In this document: piece after piece, positions 23,902 through 34,083 of the stretch
How positions within the stretch are numbered: the first letter of the stretch is position 1
Layout: every line of letters starts with the position of its first letter
Assembly: GCA_048941285.1 (NCBI GenBank)
Contig: JBHLNS010000007.1
Span: 32,351-96,350 of the forward strand
DNA from: Promethearchaeota archaeon
GTDB lineage: Archaea; Asgardarchaeota; Lokiarchaeia; Sigyniarchaeales; SOKP01
Direction of reading: 5' to 3'
Length of the DNA stretch: 64,000 nucleotides
Notes under the pieces: model-generated
Database searches by the model: none
What the model was told of the DNA's origin: nothing
Seen by the model: only the letters and a program-made list of their open reading frames with translations
Position numbers and translations under genes: made by a program

Positions 23902-24645
23902 ATGAAAGACAATGACTTTAATATTGATTGGGCAAAAATCGAAGAAAAACCTAACAAGAAAGTATCTATAGAGGGATATACTTTGTTAGAGATTAGAAAA
24001 AAGTTAAGAGAACTAGAACTGGAATTGGAAAAAAGACATCAGAGTTTAGCAAAAGCATTGAATGACTTAGATGCTACTAGGGAGAAATTAGCTGGTCGCG
24101 AAAGAAGTTTGACTGAACTTACCGAAAGAAAATCGATTGCCAGAAAGTCTCATGATCAAATCAAAGAAGAGAAATTACATGCTGATATTGAAATTGCCAA
24201 GTTATCATCTGAAAAATCCAATTTAGAAGAAAAATTAACTGAATCAATCGTTAAAATTACAGCTCTCGAAAATCAATTAAACAAATTTACTAAAAAATCA
24301 GTTAAAATTGAGGAAAAATTATTAAATAGAGATAAAGAAATTCAGAATAAAGAGGAAGAAAGGTTAGAAAAAGCAAAAGAGATCTTAAATAAAGAGAAGG
24401 AATTAAGAAATTTCAAATCTGAAATAAGTATTAAGGATGAAGAAATTGAAAATTTAAAACAAAAATTAAATGAAGAAAAAAAATTCACGGATATTCAAAT
24501 TAAAAAATTTCAAGACTTTGAAGTCCAAGTGTCTAAAGCTATACAATCGACTGAGATTATTGAAAAAATTAAAAAATTGATGGAATTAAAAGGCTTTCTG
24601 TCAGATAAAGAGCTTGAATCTTTACTAAATGAAACAAAAGAATAA
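23902..24645 (+). CDS. Coiled-coil protein, paralog 1
   Basis: E/K/L heptads; IDWAKIEEKP head and KGFLSDKE tail shared with the next gene. Confidence 0.85.
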   Translation: MKDNDFNIDWAKIEEKPNKKVSIEGYTLLEIRKKLRELELELEKRHQSLAKALNDLDATREKLAGRERSLTELTERKSIARKSHDQIKEEKLHADIEIAKLSSEKSNLEEKLTESIVKITALENQLNKFTKKSVKIEEKLLNRDKEIQNKEEERLEKAKEILNKEKELRNFKSEISIKDEEIENLKQKLNEEKKFTDIQIKKFQDFEVQVSKAIQSTEIIEKIKKLMELKGFLSDKELESLLNETKE

Positions 24646-24800
24646 AACACTAAGAATAGTTATTTTATCTTTTTTTATTAACAAATTCTTTAATGTAAAG
24701 TTTATAAATAATCAACTTTAAAAAAATAAATATAAAGCAATATAAAATTATCATACTCATAAAATTAAAATTATAAAATAATAGAAAAGGTGAAAATAAA

Positions 24801-25520
24801 ATTTCAATTGATTGGGCTAAGGCTGAAGAAAGACCAGAAAAGAAACTATCAGTTGAGGGAAAAGTTTTGTTGGATCTCAGATCTAAGATTAATAGTATAG
24901 AAAAACAGTTAACTCAAAATAGAAAGGATTTAGACAAAGCCTCATCAGAACTGAAGGTAACAAAAGAAGATTTATCAGAATCTAAGAAAAAGATTGAAGA
25001 TTTCAATGAGAAGATTAAGAATTTTGAGAGAATAAAAGAAGAGAAACTATATGGGGATGCAGAGATAAATAAGCTACGAAATATAAAATCAGAATTAGAA
25101 TCAAAATTATCTGAATCGAATTCTAAAATTATTGACTTGGAAAACAAGTTAAAAGAATCCTCTGCAAAACTCGATAATGCAGAAAAAGATAAAAATGATG
25201 CATTATCCAATTCAAGAAAGGAGATAGAAACTCTTAAAAACAATCTTCAGCAAAAAAATAATGAACTCGAGGATCTAAAGGATGAATTACAAAAATCCCG
25301 TTCAGATAAATATGTAGAAATTGAAAGTCTTAAAGATGAAGTTGAAACCAAAGATAAAGAAATTAATGCACTCAACCAAAAAGTCATATCGTTAGAAGAA
25401 ACAATTTCAGATGCAGAAGGAGCACCAGAACTCATTGAAAACATAAAAAATATTATGATGTCTAAAGGATTCCTGAGTGATAGAGAGTTTGATGCTCTTT
25501 TGGAGCATAAAGATATTTAG
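24801..25520 (+). CDS. Coiled-coil protein, paralog 2 (probable ATT start at 24801)
   Basis: In-frame IDWAKAEERPEKKLSVEG lies upstream of the track start 24867; AAGGTGA precedes ATT; KGFLSDRE tail. Confidence 0.8.
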   Translation: MSIDWAKAEERPEKKLSVEGKVLLDLRSKINSIEKQLTQNRKDLDKASSELKVTKEDLSESKKKIEDFNEKIKNFERIKEEKLYGDAEINKLRNIKSELESKLSESNSKIIDLENKLKESSAKLDNAEKDKNDALSNSRKEIETLKNNLQQKNNELEDLKDELQKSRSDKYVEIESLKDEVETKDKEINALNQKVISLEETISDAEGAPELIENIKNIMMSKGFLSDREFDALLEHKDI

Positions 25521-25546
25521 TAAATTAAATTCTTTTTATTATTCAA

Positions 25547-26632
25547 ATGGTTAAATTAATTTGGGAAAACAAATCAGACTATAAATCTGAAGATAATAAA
25601 AATTACAATCTCAATTATTTTGAAGCTTTTGAAAGTAATTCATCTAAGATAAATGTTGGGTTAGGAGGCATCAAGGATTCTGATTTGTGGATCAACAAGC
25701 TATTTTGGGGAGATAGCCTTGATGTGTTATATTATTTGTTAAATAATTTAAAAAGAAAAATAGATTTAATTTACATTGATCCCCCATTCTTTTCTGGAGT
25801 TAATTATAAAATTAAAGTTAAGGAAAAAGGCAAAATTTATGATTTAATTGCATATTATGATCATTGGAACAGAGATTTAGACTCATACTTACAAATGCTC
25901 TATGAAAGGATAAAAATATTTAAAAAATTGCTCTCTAATTCTGGATTACTTTTTATCCATTCTGATTGGCACGCTAATCATTATGTAAGAGTAATTTTAG
26001 ATGAAATTTTCGGAGATAATAGGTTTGTGAATAATATCATTTGGTATTATTATAACAAATATTCCGCGGGGAAAAAAAAACTTCCAAGAGCTCATGATAC
26101 AATTTTAGTTTATTCCAATTCTAGTAATTATACATTTAATGAATTAAGAATACCTCGGAAAAACCCAAGAAAGCAGCTAATGAGAGTAAATGTAGATGGT
26201 GTATTAAAGAATGTGAAAGATAAGAATGGACATGTTAAATATCGAATAGTAAAGGACAAAAAATTAGACGATGTCTGGCAAATTCCTTGTTTACAACCAG
26301 CTTCAAAAGAGTGGACGGGTTTTCCTACTCAAAAACACCATAAATTACTAGAAAGAATTATTAAATTAGGTTCTAATGAAGGAGACTTAATTGCTGATTT
26401 TTTTTGTGGTTCTGGAACGTCCTTAGTGTTAGCTGAAAAATTAAAGAGAAGATGGATTGGATGTGACATTTCAGAGTATTCGATATATTTAACTAGAAAT
26501 AGGATTTTGGACACCCAAAATACTACACATAAATTTTATCCATTTGAAATACTTACAAATTTGAACGCACATAAAAAAGATATAATCGAATCAGGATTTT
26601 TTCAAAAAGAGATTTCAATAAAAAGAACATAA
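25547..26632 (+). CDS. Site-specific DNA methyltransferase (beta class, Mod-like), orphan
   Basis: IYIDPPF precedes FPTQK and DFFCGSGT. Confidence 0.88.
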   Translation: MVKLIWENKSDYKSEDNKNYNLNYFEAFESNSSKINVGLGGIKDSDLWINKLFWGDSLDVLYYLLNNLKRKIDLIYIDPPFFSGVNYKIKVKEKGKIYDLIAYYDHWNRDLDSYLQMLYERIKIFKKLLSNSGLLFIHSDWHANHYVRVILDEIFGDNRFVNNIIWYYYNKYSAGKKKLPRAHDTILVYSNSSNYTFNELRIPRKNPRKQLMRVNVDGVLKNVKDKNGHVKYRIVKDKKLDDVWQIPCLQPASKEWTGFPTQKHHKLLERIIKLGSNEGDLIADFFCGSGTSLVLAEKLKRRWIGCDISEYSIYLTRNRILDTQNTTHKFYPFEILTNLNAHKKDIIESGFFQKEISIKRT

Positions 26633-26718
26633 TACAGCTGTCATTACTTTATAAAAAGACGAAAAATTTTTCTCTTTTTTATTCTTTTTATTAAAATAAA
26701 TCATATTGGGACTAGATA

Positions 26719-28266
26719 TTGATGATTTTAAATATGATAAATGATAAAAAATCCCGAGATTGGAAAGAATCGTCGATTAAACGCCATGATTTGTATAATT
26801 TTGAATCGAAAGTAGATTATACTTTAGAATTAACCGAAAAGAAGAAAACTACATACTCTCTTGATACATACTTCTTTATCCCTAGTTCATTACAGATAAA
26901 CAAGGATTCATATGGAAAAGAGCTTTTTTTTTCAGATATCAATAATCGGATAAGGTTTAAAACCCCTAAAATGACTATAGAAGGAATATTAGAAAAACAA
27001 AACAAGCTTTCTCCATTGAATACAATCCTTAAATCACTGAAAGATATTGAATTAGAAAAATCCAATATAGTTATCAACATAAAAATAGAAAGAGAATTGT
27101 GCTTACTCGCGGATATAATAAAAGTTTCTTTAAGAGATCAACTCAATTATATCCACACTGGTTATAATAAATTAAAAGAGCAGCATCAAATGCAAACTAT
27201 GATAATTTCTCACCTCGAATCAATAAAAAAATTACAATTGGCACTGAAATCAATGGAAGAGAAATTTTTATTGCCTAAATTTTCTATAAGTTTACGTGAG
27301 GCTTTTCAATATGCTGATGAATATATAAGTTTACAGATTGAGAAGTCTCTTACAAGATTGTTAAAAGATTTTGAAGAAGAGTTTAATAAAGAGACCAAAA
27401 ATCTGATAATTGAATTAATTGAAAAAGAACAAGACCATCGTGAGTATTTGAAAAGCTCATTAATTATTTTTGAAAATTCAAATAACGAAACTTTTTCTTA
27501 CCAAGAGGGAATTATGAAAAAATATGTACAAAGTGTTCTATATTTGGAAAAAAAGAAAAAAGATCCAAAATCACAATCATTAGAAATATTTTACTCTGTA
27601 GCTGCGGGGATTGCTATGTTTTTTTCCTTATTCTTTGGTTTTTTAATCCTATCATTCTTTACTATGTATTCTATTCCCTTTATTATTGCAACTGTTGTGA
27701 TATATATGTTAAAAGACCGAATTAAGGATAATATACGTGGAGTTTCACAGAGAGCAGTTGGATCTATTTTCCCAGATCAGCGTATTGACATTGTAGATGG
27801 ATTTAATAAAGAAAAAATTGGAGAAAGTAAAGAAATTGTTAATTTTAAAAAAAAAGAAAAAATTCCCCAAGAGATTTTAAGAATTAGAAAGTCCAGTAAT
27901 ATTAATTCTATAGAAGAAAGTGGTAAGCCAGAGCAAGTAATTCTGTATGAGAAAAAAATTACGTTATTTAATAAAAAAATAAAGCAATTCCATATAAGAA
28001 GAAACGATATTTCGGATGTTATTCGATTTAATGTAAGAGGCTTTTTGAGATATGCTGACGATCCAATTCAAATTATATCTAAATGGAATATAGATAAAAA
28101 GAAAATTGAAGATATACCAGTATCAAAAGTTTATCATTTAAATCTTGTTTTAAAATTAACATCATTTAAAGGAAAAAAAATAAATAAAACCGATTATAAA
28201 AAGTATAGAGTAATAATAGATCAAAAAGGTATTAAAAGGGTTTTGGAACCTGAATTCGTACTATAA
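26719..28266 (+). CDS. Hypothetical protein with two central TM helices
   Basis: 515 aa; SVAAGIAMFF and VIYMLKDRIKD segment. Confidence 0.75.
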   Translation: MMILNMINDKKSRDWKESSIKRHDLYNFESKVDYTLELTEKKKTTYSLDTYFFIPSSLQINKDSYGKELFFSDINNRIRFKTPKMTIEGILEKQNKLSPLNTILKSLKDIELEKSNIVINIKIERELCLLADIIKVSLRDQLNYIHTGYNKLKEQHQMQTMIISHLESIKKLQLALKSMEEKFLLPKFSISLREAFQYADEYISLQIEKSLTRLLKDFEEEFNKETKNLIIELIEKEQDHREYLKSSLIIFENSNNETFSYQEGIMKKYVQSVLYLEKKKKDPKSQSLEIFYSVAAGIAMFFSLFFGFLILSFFTMYSIPFIIATVVIYMLKDRIKDNIRGVSQRAVGSIFPDQRIDIVDGFNKEKIGESKEIVNFKKKEKIPQEILRIRKSSNINSIEESGKPEQVILYEKKITLFNKKIKQFHIRRNDISDVIRFNVRGFLRYADDPIQIISKWNIDKKKIEDIPVSKVYHLNLVLKLTSFKGKKINKTDYKKYRVIIDQKGIKRVLEPEFVL

Positions 28267-29688
28267 TTGAGTATAAACCTTCCATCCTAAGTAATTAGAA
28301 AGAGCCTCAATTATTATATCTCCAACTTCATTCAGCGATACCGCAACATGGTGTGCAAATCCCTCTTTACATACTATCTTTAAAATATCTTGTAGATTTG
28401 GAATTTCTATAACTCCATAACCTCCAAATGTGTCTAATTGGTCATCTGTATAATTACCTTCTACAACTAATGCTTTTATTTCTCCAAATAAATCATCAGT
28501 TTCCACTCGTAACAGTGTACAAGGTTTAGTTTTGATACGCCCTTGAATTGCTCCAAAACTAACTTCTCCACCTTTTTGATCTGCAATTATTGGATGAATT
28601 GTCATTTTAGTATCTTGAAAAAAGGATTTAGGCAGATTGCTGCAATGGAATAGGACCATTTTGTTTGGATCTGCACCATAATTATTATTCCAATCCAATA
28701 TTGCTGATGGGCTATCTGAAGCAATTTGTAAGATTAACATCCCGATTAGACCAGAGATATCAACTTCACACGCAGCAGGAATTAATCCTTCACTAAACAT
28801 ACTCATAACAGCGCATGGTACTATACCAAAATTATCTTGAATACTCGGCCAACATTGAAAAGCAAATCCATCTAATTCATATTCATTAACCCAATTTTCA
28901 ATTACAACTGCTAATTTTGCGAGTTTTATTAAACTATCTTCAGGAATTATTTTAGTTGAAGTATAATTCTTTATAAATTCGATTTTATCTAGTACTTTTG
29001 GATGATTGTCAGCTAGATTATTAATATAACCAAAAATCTCTGATAAGTCTATAGGTTCTATGCTTATCCCATTAAATTCTAAAATCTTTTCACTATACCT
29101 AACAGTTTCAAAAGCGTTAGGTCTTGTTCCTATTTGACCTAATCTGGTAGATCTAAGCTCTCTCACTATTCTGCATATTTTTTCAAATCTTTTAATTTCT
29201 TCCTCAAAAATATCAGATTTTAATTGGCATGTATGGTATCTAGTTAATGTAAATGGAATTCCATATTGATATAATACATTAGTAACAGAAATTTTTCCAC
29301 AAAAGGCATCTCTTCTATGAATTCTGTCCATTTTATCAATTTCATCTGCAGCAGCATGAACTAGAACAGGAACATTAAGATTTGACAGTTTTATAGCATT
29401 AGCAATTCCTTTTTCATCTCCAAAATTAGGTAAAATAACTAATATTCCACAAATCTTGTTTTTATTAATTTTAAATAACTGTGCACATTTTTTTGCGTCT
29501 TGATAAGTTTCTACAACTCCAAATTTAGTATCATCTTCACTTAATATAACATAATCGTATCCCAATTCATTTAAAACTTCAATTATTTCAATTCTTCCTT
29601 CTTTAGCAAGGTTATCTGGAAAAACATCTCTATTACCAACAATTACTCCAAATGTTACCTTTTCAAATTTCTTTTTAAGAATTGACAT
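28261..29688 (-). CDS. L-fucose/L-arabinose isomerase family protein
   Basis: NFGDE, RRDAFCGKIS, QCW, ACEVD, FHCSN, FAHHVA. Confidence 0.85.
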   Translation of the reverse strand: MSILKKKFEKVTFGVIVGNRDVFPDNLAKEGRIEIIEVLNELGYDYVILSEDDTKFGVVETYQDAKKCAQLFKINKNKICGILVILPNFGDEKGIANAIKLSNLNVPVLVHAAADEIDKMDRIHRRDAFCGKISVTNVLYQYGIPFTLTRYHTCQLKSDIFEEEIKRFEKICRIVRELRSTRLGQIGTRPNAFETVRYSEKILEFNGISIEPIDLSEIFGYINNLADNHPKVLDKIEFIKNYTSTKIIPEDSLIKLAKLAVVIENWVNEYELDGFAFQCWPSIQDNFGIVPCAVMSMFSEGLIPAACEVDISGLIGMLILQIASDSPSAILDWNNNYGADPNKMVLFHCSNLPKSFFQDTKMTIHPIIADQKGGEVSFGAIQGRIKTKPCTLLRVETDDLFGEIKALVVEGNYTDDQLDTFGGYGVIEIPNLQDILKIVCKEGFAHHVAVSLNEVGDIIIEALSNYLGWKVYTQL

Positions 29689-29780
29689 TCTAATTACCTT
29701 GATAATAAATATTGAAAAATTTAATTTTAGTAATTTAATTTAAGAATTTAAAATTAAAATAAAAATTTTTTAATTATTCA

Positions 29781-31037
29781 ATGAATTTCAAATTTCATAT
29801 TATCAAGAGGATAAAAGAGCTATATAAACATAAAATTTTCAGATATGCTCTAGTCCTTCAAAGTTTTTATTTTATACTATCAATTATTCTTTATTTTTCT
29901 CTCTATCAAGAAAAAAATGACTTCGTAATTTTTTATAATGTAGGGAACGTATTCCTCAATGATATTGAGAATCTTTATAATCAAACTTATTATTTATGGG
30001 ATTTTAGATATTTTCCATTGTCAGCATTGTTTTTTATTCCTTTTTCTCTCTTAAGTACTGATTCTGCATTTATAATTTTTAATATTTTCAATGTATTTTT
30101 GAATATTTTAATTTGTAACTATTTATATAAAATAATCTTGCTGGTTAGAAAGGAAGATCATGAAAAAGATGATAAGAGAGTTATTTTATATATATGTATT
30201 TACTTAATGGGATTACCGCATGTGCTCAATTATATTTATGGACAAATAAATTTATATATTACATTTTTTATTGTCTTATCTCTTTATATTTTTCTTAAGT
30301 ATAAAGATATTAAGTGGCAATTTATAGCAAGTCTAATTTTAGGCATAAGTATAATCATTAAACCTACAGCATTTTTATTAATACCTTTTCTTATAATAAT
30401 AAATTTCAATTTAACAAATAAAAAGTTCAGAATTGAGTTTTTAAGAAGTTTGACTCGTATCATTGGAGTTTTAGTTCCTGTTTTATTAAATTTTATTCCT
30501 TTCTTTTTATATCCAACTCTATGGGAAGGGTTTTTGGAGACTAATTTTACGGGTAGTAATCCAGTCGCCTTAAATTTTTCTTTCAGTTTTACTAAGCTAA
30601 TAACTAACTTCTGTTATTTTTATAATATCCCTTTTAACCAACTTATTCTTTTTTTAGGCGTTGTTGCTATAATTGGAGGATTAGGATTTATAACATTCTT
30701 AATCAGGAGATTTGAGAAAAATTCAATAATATATGGTTATGCTTTTGGCATCCTAATCATGTTACTTGCATATTTTGACTCATGGGATCATCATTTACTC
30801 AATTTAACTCCAATTTTAATTATTATTATGTTTAATTTACCACGTCGTTCTAAAATTACAGCCCCTTTTAAATTGAGTTTATTTTTCTTTAGTTTTTTAG
30901 ATCTTGCTTTTGTAGGAATATGGTACTTAATTTATCCATTATTCCCATATAATTTAGAGCCAACATTCTTTTTAATAATAACATTCTATGGGATTGGTAA
31001 ATATTGTTTGATAAAGAAAAATAGAGAGGAGATCTAA
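29781..31037 (+). CDS. GT87/DUF2029-like GT-C glycosyltransferase, paralog 1
   Basis: NDFVIFY, FRYFPLSALFF, GQIN, IKP, SWDHH. Confidence 0.8.
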   Translation: MNFKFHIIKRIKELYKHKIFRYALVLQSFYFILSIILYFSLYQEKNDFVIFYNVGNVFLNDIENLYNQTYYLWDFRYFPLSALFFIPFSLLSTDSAFIIFNIFNVFLNILICNYLYKIILLVRKEDHEKDDKRVILYICIYLMGLPHVLNYIYGQINLYITFFIVLSLYIFLKYKDIKWQFIASLILGISIIIKPTAFLLIPFLIIINFNLTNKKFRIEFLRSLTRIIGVLVPVLLNFIPFFLYPTLWEGFLETNFTGSNPVALNFSFSFTKLITNFCYFYNIPFNQLILFLGVVAIIGGLGFITFLIRRFEKNSIIYGYAFGILIMLLAYFDSWDHHLLNLTPILIIIMFNLPRRSKITAPFKLSLFFFSFLDLAFVGIWYLIYPLFPYNLEPTFFLIITFYGIGKYCLIKKNREEI

Positions 31038-31041
31038 AAAA

Positions 31042-31782
31042 TTGAAGCGAAAAGGATATATCTTCAATATATTTTTATTTTTCTTATTAATGAGCAATAT
31101 AATATCTATTGTGAATGCTCTCGATTATGGTGTAGGAGTTAGTGAGAGTCAGGAATTAATCTGGACTTGTAAAAAATGCAATCAAATAGAGATGAATAAT
31201 ATTTTTGGAAATGAATGGAAAGATTCTGGAGTCTTCAAAAATTTAAGTGCTGGAAAACGAATGAAATGGAAAATTAATAGTATTGAAGTCAATCAATCAT
31301 TCTCTAAGATAAATATTAGCATTTGGGATTGGACTAGTGAAAAAATATGGGGAATAAAAGATAATGATTCTGAAATAACTTATTTTTTTGATACATTAGA
31401 ATCGAATTTTACTACATATACGTCTCTAGTTCCATTTTGGTTTCCAGTTCCCGTAGGAGAATTTATTGGAAGTTTAGAATTAAATAATTGGTATGATGTG
31501 GATAATAGAGTTTTACCTACTCTAAACGTGGAAATTGAAAAAGATGAGATATCTCTCGGATTTCCTCTAAAAAGGATAAAGATTATTGCAATTTATAATA
31601 ACCAAGGGATTTTAAATTCCTATAAACTCTATACTACGGGTAATGTTGTTATTATAGACATTAGTCTTGAATTTTTACCTATTTATGTAATACCAACTTT
31701 AGTAGGATTATTAACTGCATTATCTGTTAGTATTATAATATATTTGTCAAAAAAGAGAAAATTAATTTTAAAACAATTATAA
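31042..31782 (+). CDS. Secreted protein with signal peptide and C-terminal TM anchor
   Basis: N-terminal hydrophobic segment ending VNA; C-terminal TM followed by KKRK. Confidence 0.75.
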   Translation: MKRKGYIFNIFLFFLLMSNIISIVNALDYGVGVSESQELIWTCKKCNQIEMNNIFGNEWKDSGVFKNLSAGKRMKWKINSIEVNQSFSKINISIWDWTSEKIWGIKDNDSEITYFFDTLESNFTTYTSLVPFWFPVPVGEFIGSLELNNWYDVDNRVLPTLNVEIEKDEISLGFPLKRIKIIAIYNNQGILNSYKLYTTGNVVIIDISLEFLPIYVIPTLVGLLTALSVSIIIYLSKKRKLILKQL

Positions 31783-31786
31783 AAAT

Positions 31787-33061
31787 GTGGGTATTTTAGA
31801 AATGGATTTTAAAGATTTATATATTAAAATTATCAAGAGATTTAAGGAGCTTTGGGGCTATAAAATATTCCGATTTGCTGTTATTATTCAAATTTTTTAT
31901 TTAATCTTTTCAATGGTTTTAACACTTATCTTTTTAAGAGAACAAAATGACTTTTTAGTATATTATAAGGTTGGTGAGGTTTTTATTACAGATATCACTA
32001 ACCTTTATACAGCAGATTATTTGTGGCCATTCAGATATTTTCCAATTTCAGCTATTTTCTTTGTTCCTTTTTATTTATTGGGTTTCGATTTTGGTTATGT
32101 CGTGTTTACTTTACTCAATTTATTATTGAATGTTATAATATGTGTCCTTTTATATAAAATAATAATTCTTATAAAAGGTTTAGACCATGAGAAAGATGAT
32201 AAGAGAATGGTCACGTATGTTTGTTTATTTCTAATGGGATTACCTAACCTTTTTAATTACATTTTGGGCCAAATTAATTTATATGTAACTCTACTAATTT
32301 TATTATCCCTCTTTTTGTTTTTAACTCGAGAAACTATTAAATGGGATTTAATATCTAGTTTCATTTTGGGATGTAGTATAATTATAAAGCCTATTACTAT
32401 TTTCATGATACCATTCTTATTAGTATTAAATTTTAGATTTAAGAAAAGAAGATTTGAATTTAAAGCTCTTAAAAGTGTCATCAGAATGATTGGAGTTATT
32501 TTACCTTTAAGTTTAAACCTTTTCTTATTTCTACTTTATCCAACACTATGGGAAGGTTTCATTACCACTAATTTTACGGGGAGCGAACCAATTATCGTAA
32601 ACCATTCATTTAGTTTAACTAAGATAATCTTAAACTTCCTTATTTTCTATAATATCTCTCATAATCCATTATTAATCTTTCTATTTATTTTGCTCATTAT
32701 AGGGGGATTAGGTTTTATTGTTTATGTTTTTCGAAGGATTACTAAAAATTCCATAATTCTGGCTTATCTTTTTGGTATTTTAATAATGTTACTTGTATAT
32801 TATGACTCATGGCCACATCATCTGTTAGTATTAATACCTCTTTTAATAATTCTGATATTCTATGTCCCTCGAAATTCTAAAATAACAAGTAAATATTTAA
32901 AGCCGAGTTTTTTCTTTTTAAATTTTTTTGATTTAGCATTTATGGGCATTTGGTTTATTACACAGTATTTTTTTCCATATAATTTTGTTAGTACTATCTT
33001 TTTGTTAATAGTTCTTTACGGATCTGCTAAATTTTGTTTAACTGAAGATTCAAATTATTAA
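31787..33061 (+). CDS. GT87/DUF2029-like GT-C glycosyltransferase, paralog 2
   Basis: NDFLVYY, FRYFPISAIFF, GQIN, IKP, SWPHH; clearly paralogous to 29781-31037. Confidence 0.8.
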   Translation: MGILEMDFKDLYIKIIKRFKELWGYKIFRFAVIIQIFYLIFSMVLTLIFLREQNDFLVYYKVGEVFITDITNLYTADYLWPFRYFPISAIFFVPFYLLGFDFGYVVFTLLNLLLNVIICVLLYKIIILIKGLDHEKDDKRMVTYVCLFLMGLPNLFNYILGQINLYVTLLILLSLFLFLTRETIKWDLISSFILGCSIIIKPITIFMIPFLLVLNFRFKKRRFEFKALKSVIRMIGVILPLSLNLFLFLLYPTLWEGFITTNFTGSEPIIVNHSFSLTKIILNFLIFYNISHNPLLIFLFILLIIGGLGFIVYVFRRITKNSIILAYLFGILIMLLVYYDSWPHHLLVLIPLLIILIFYVPRNSKITSKYLKPSFFFLNFFDLAFMGIWFITQYFFPYNFVSTIFLLIVLYGSAKFCLTEDSNY

Positions 33062-33193
33062 AAAAGTTGATTTAATTTATTAAAAATTTGAAAAATATTT
33101 AAAATAAGAAATTCTAATTATATTCATAGAGAATATATTAACACTTAGTAAATTCCAATAATTTTTAAGACAAATTATCAATAAAAAAGTAAT

Positions 33194-33928
33194 ATGCTCC
33201 AATTTTATCCCCCACCTTTATTTCTGATTTTTGCGCCAGCGTTTCTTTTAGGCATATTACATACATTAATTCCATGTGAAGATAAAGCAATCTTTTTCTT
33301 TTGGTCTTTTGGTATATCTAAAACGCTTAAAAAAAGTCTTTTTATATTAATTTTTTATGGATTAGGCTTAATGTCCTCTAATTTGATAATAGCAACTGGC
33401 ACAATTTTGATTAGTTTTATTCCACAGATTTTAATTCCAGGAATTAGTGATATAAAACCTACTACAATAAACTTTTTCGGGTCATTAACTTCTATGTTTG
33501 CAGGAGTTATTTTGCTGTTCTTTATCACAAGACGAGGTTATTTTCCTCATTCAAAGCAAAAAGATGAGATATTTCAATTTAATTGGGAAAAGAGAAAGAC
33601 TCCGTATCTATTTGGAATCCTTGCAGGATTTGCTCCTTGTATCTTTGAGTTTTTTATATATTCTCAATGCTTAACCTTTTCTTTAAGCTATGAATTAGGA
33701 TTCATTGATGGGATTTTCACAGTGTTCTATTTTTCTTTAGGCACGTTTATTGGATTATTTCCCATTGCTTTAGCGAAACATGGAACATCTCAAATAATAA
33801 AATCAAAAGAGACAAGAAAAAATTGGATCCTTATTCTTATGATTATCATAATAATTGTATTTAACACGGTTGTTATGATTTTATCATTTTTAGGAATTCC
33901 TGTTTTCCCAGAAGTACCAATTCCTTAA
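33194..33928 (+). CDS. Membrane protein, NicO/RcnA- or DsbD_2-like
   Basis: FLLGILHTLIPCED, GILAGFAPC, FSLGT. Confidence 0.55.
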   Translation: MLQFYPPPLFLIFAPAFLLGILHTLIPCEDKAIFFFWSFGISKTLKKSLFILIFYGLGLMSSNLIIATGTILISFIPQILIPGISDIKPTTINFFGSLTSMFAGVILLFFITRRGYFPHSKQKDEIFQFNWEKRKTPYLFGILAGFAPCIFEFFIYSQCLTFSLSYELGFIDGIFTVFYFSLGTFIGLFPIALAKHGTSQIIKSKETRKNWILILMIIIIIVFNTVVMILSFLGIPVFPEVPIP

Positions 33929-34083
33929 TTATAGACTTGCTAATAGATTACAACAATAAATTTAAAAATTAATACAAGATTCATATGTTATTGAAACAAT
34001 AAAATTTGGGCTATATAAAAAATATTAAGCACGAATTTTTTTTATAATAATATAATTCATAAATTAAATTATAATATTAAACT

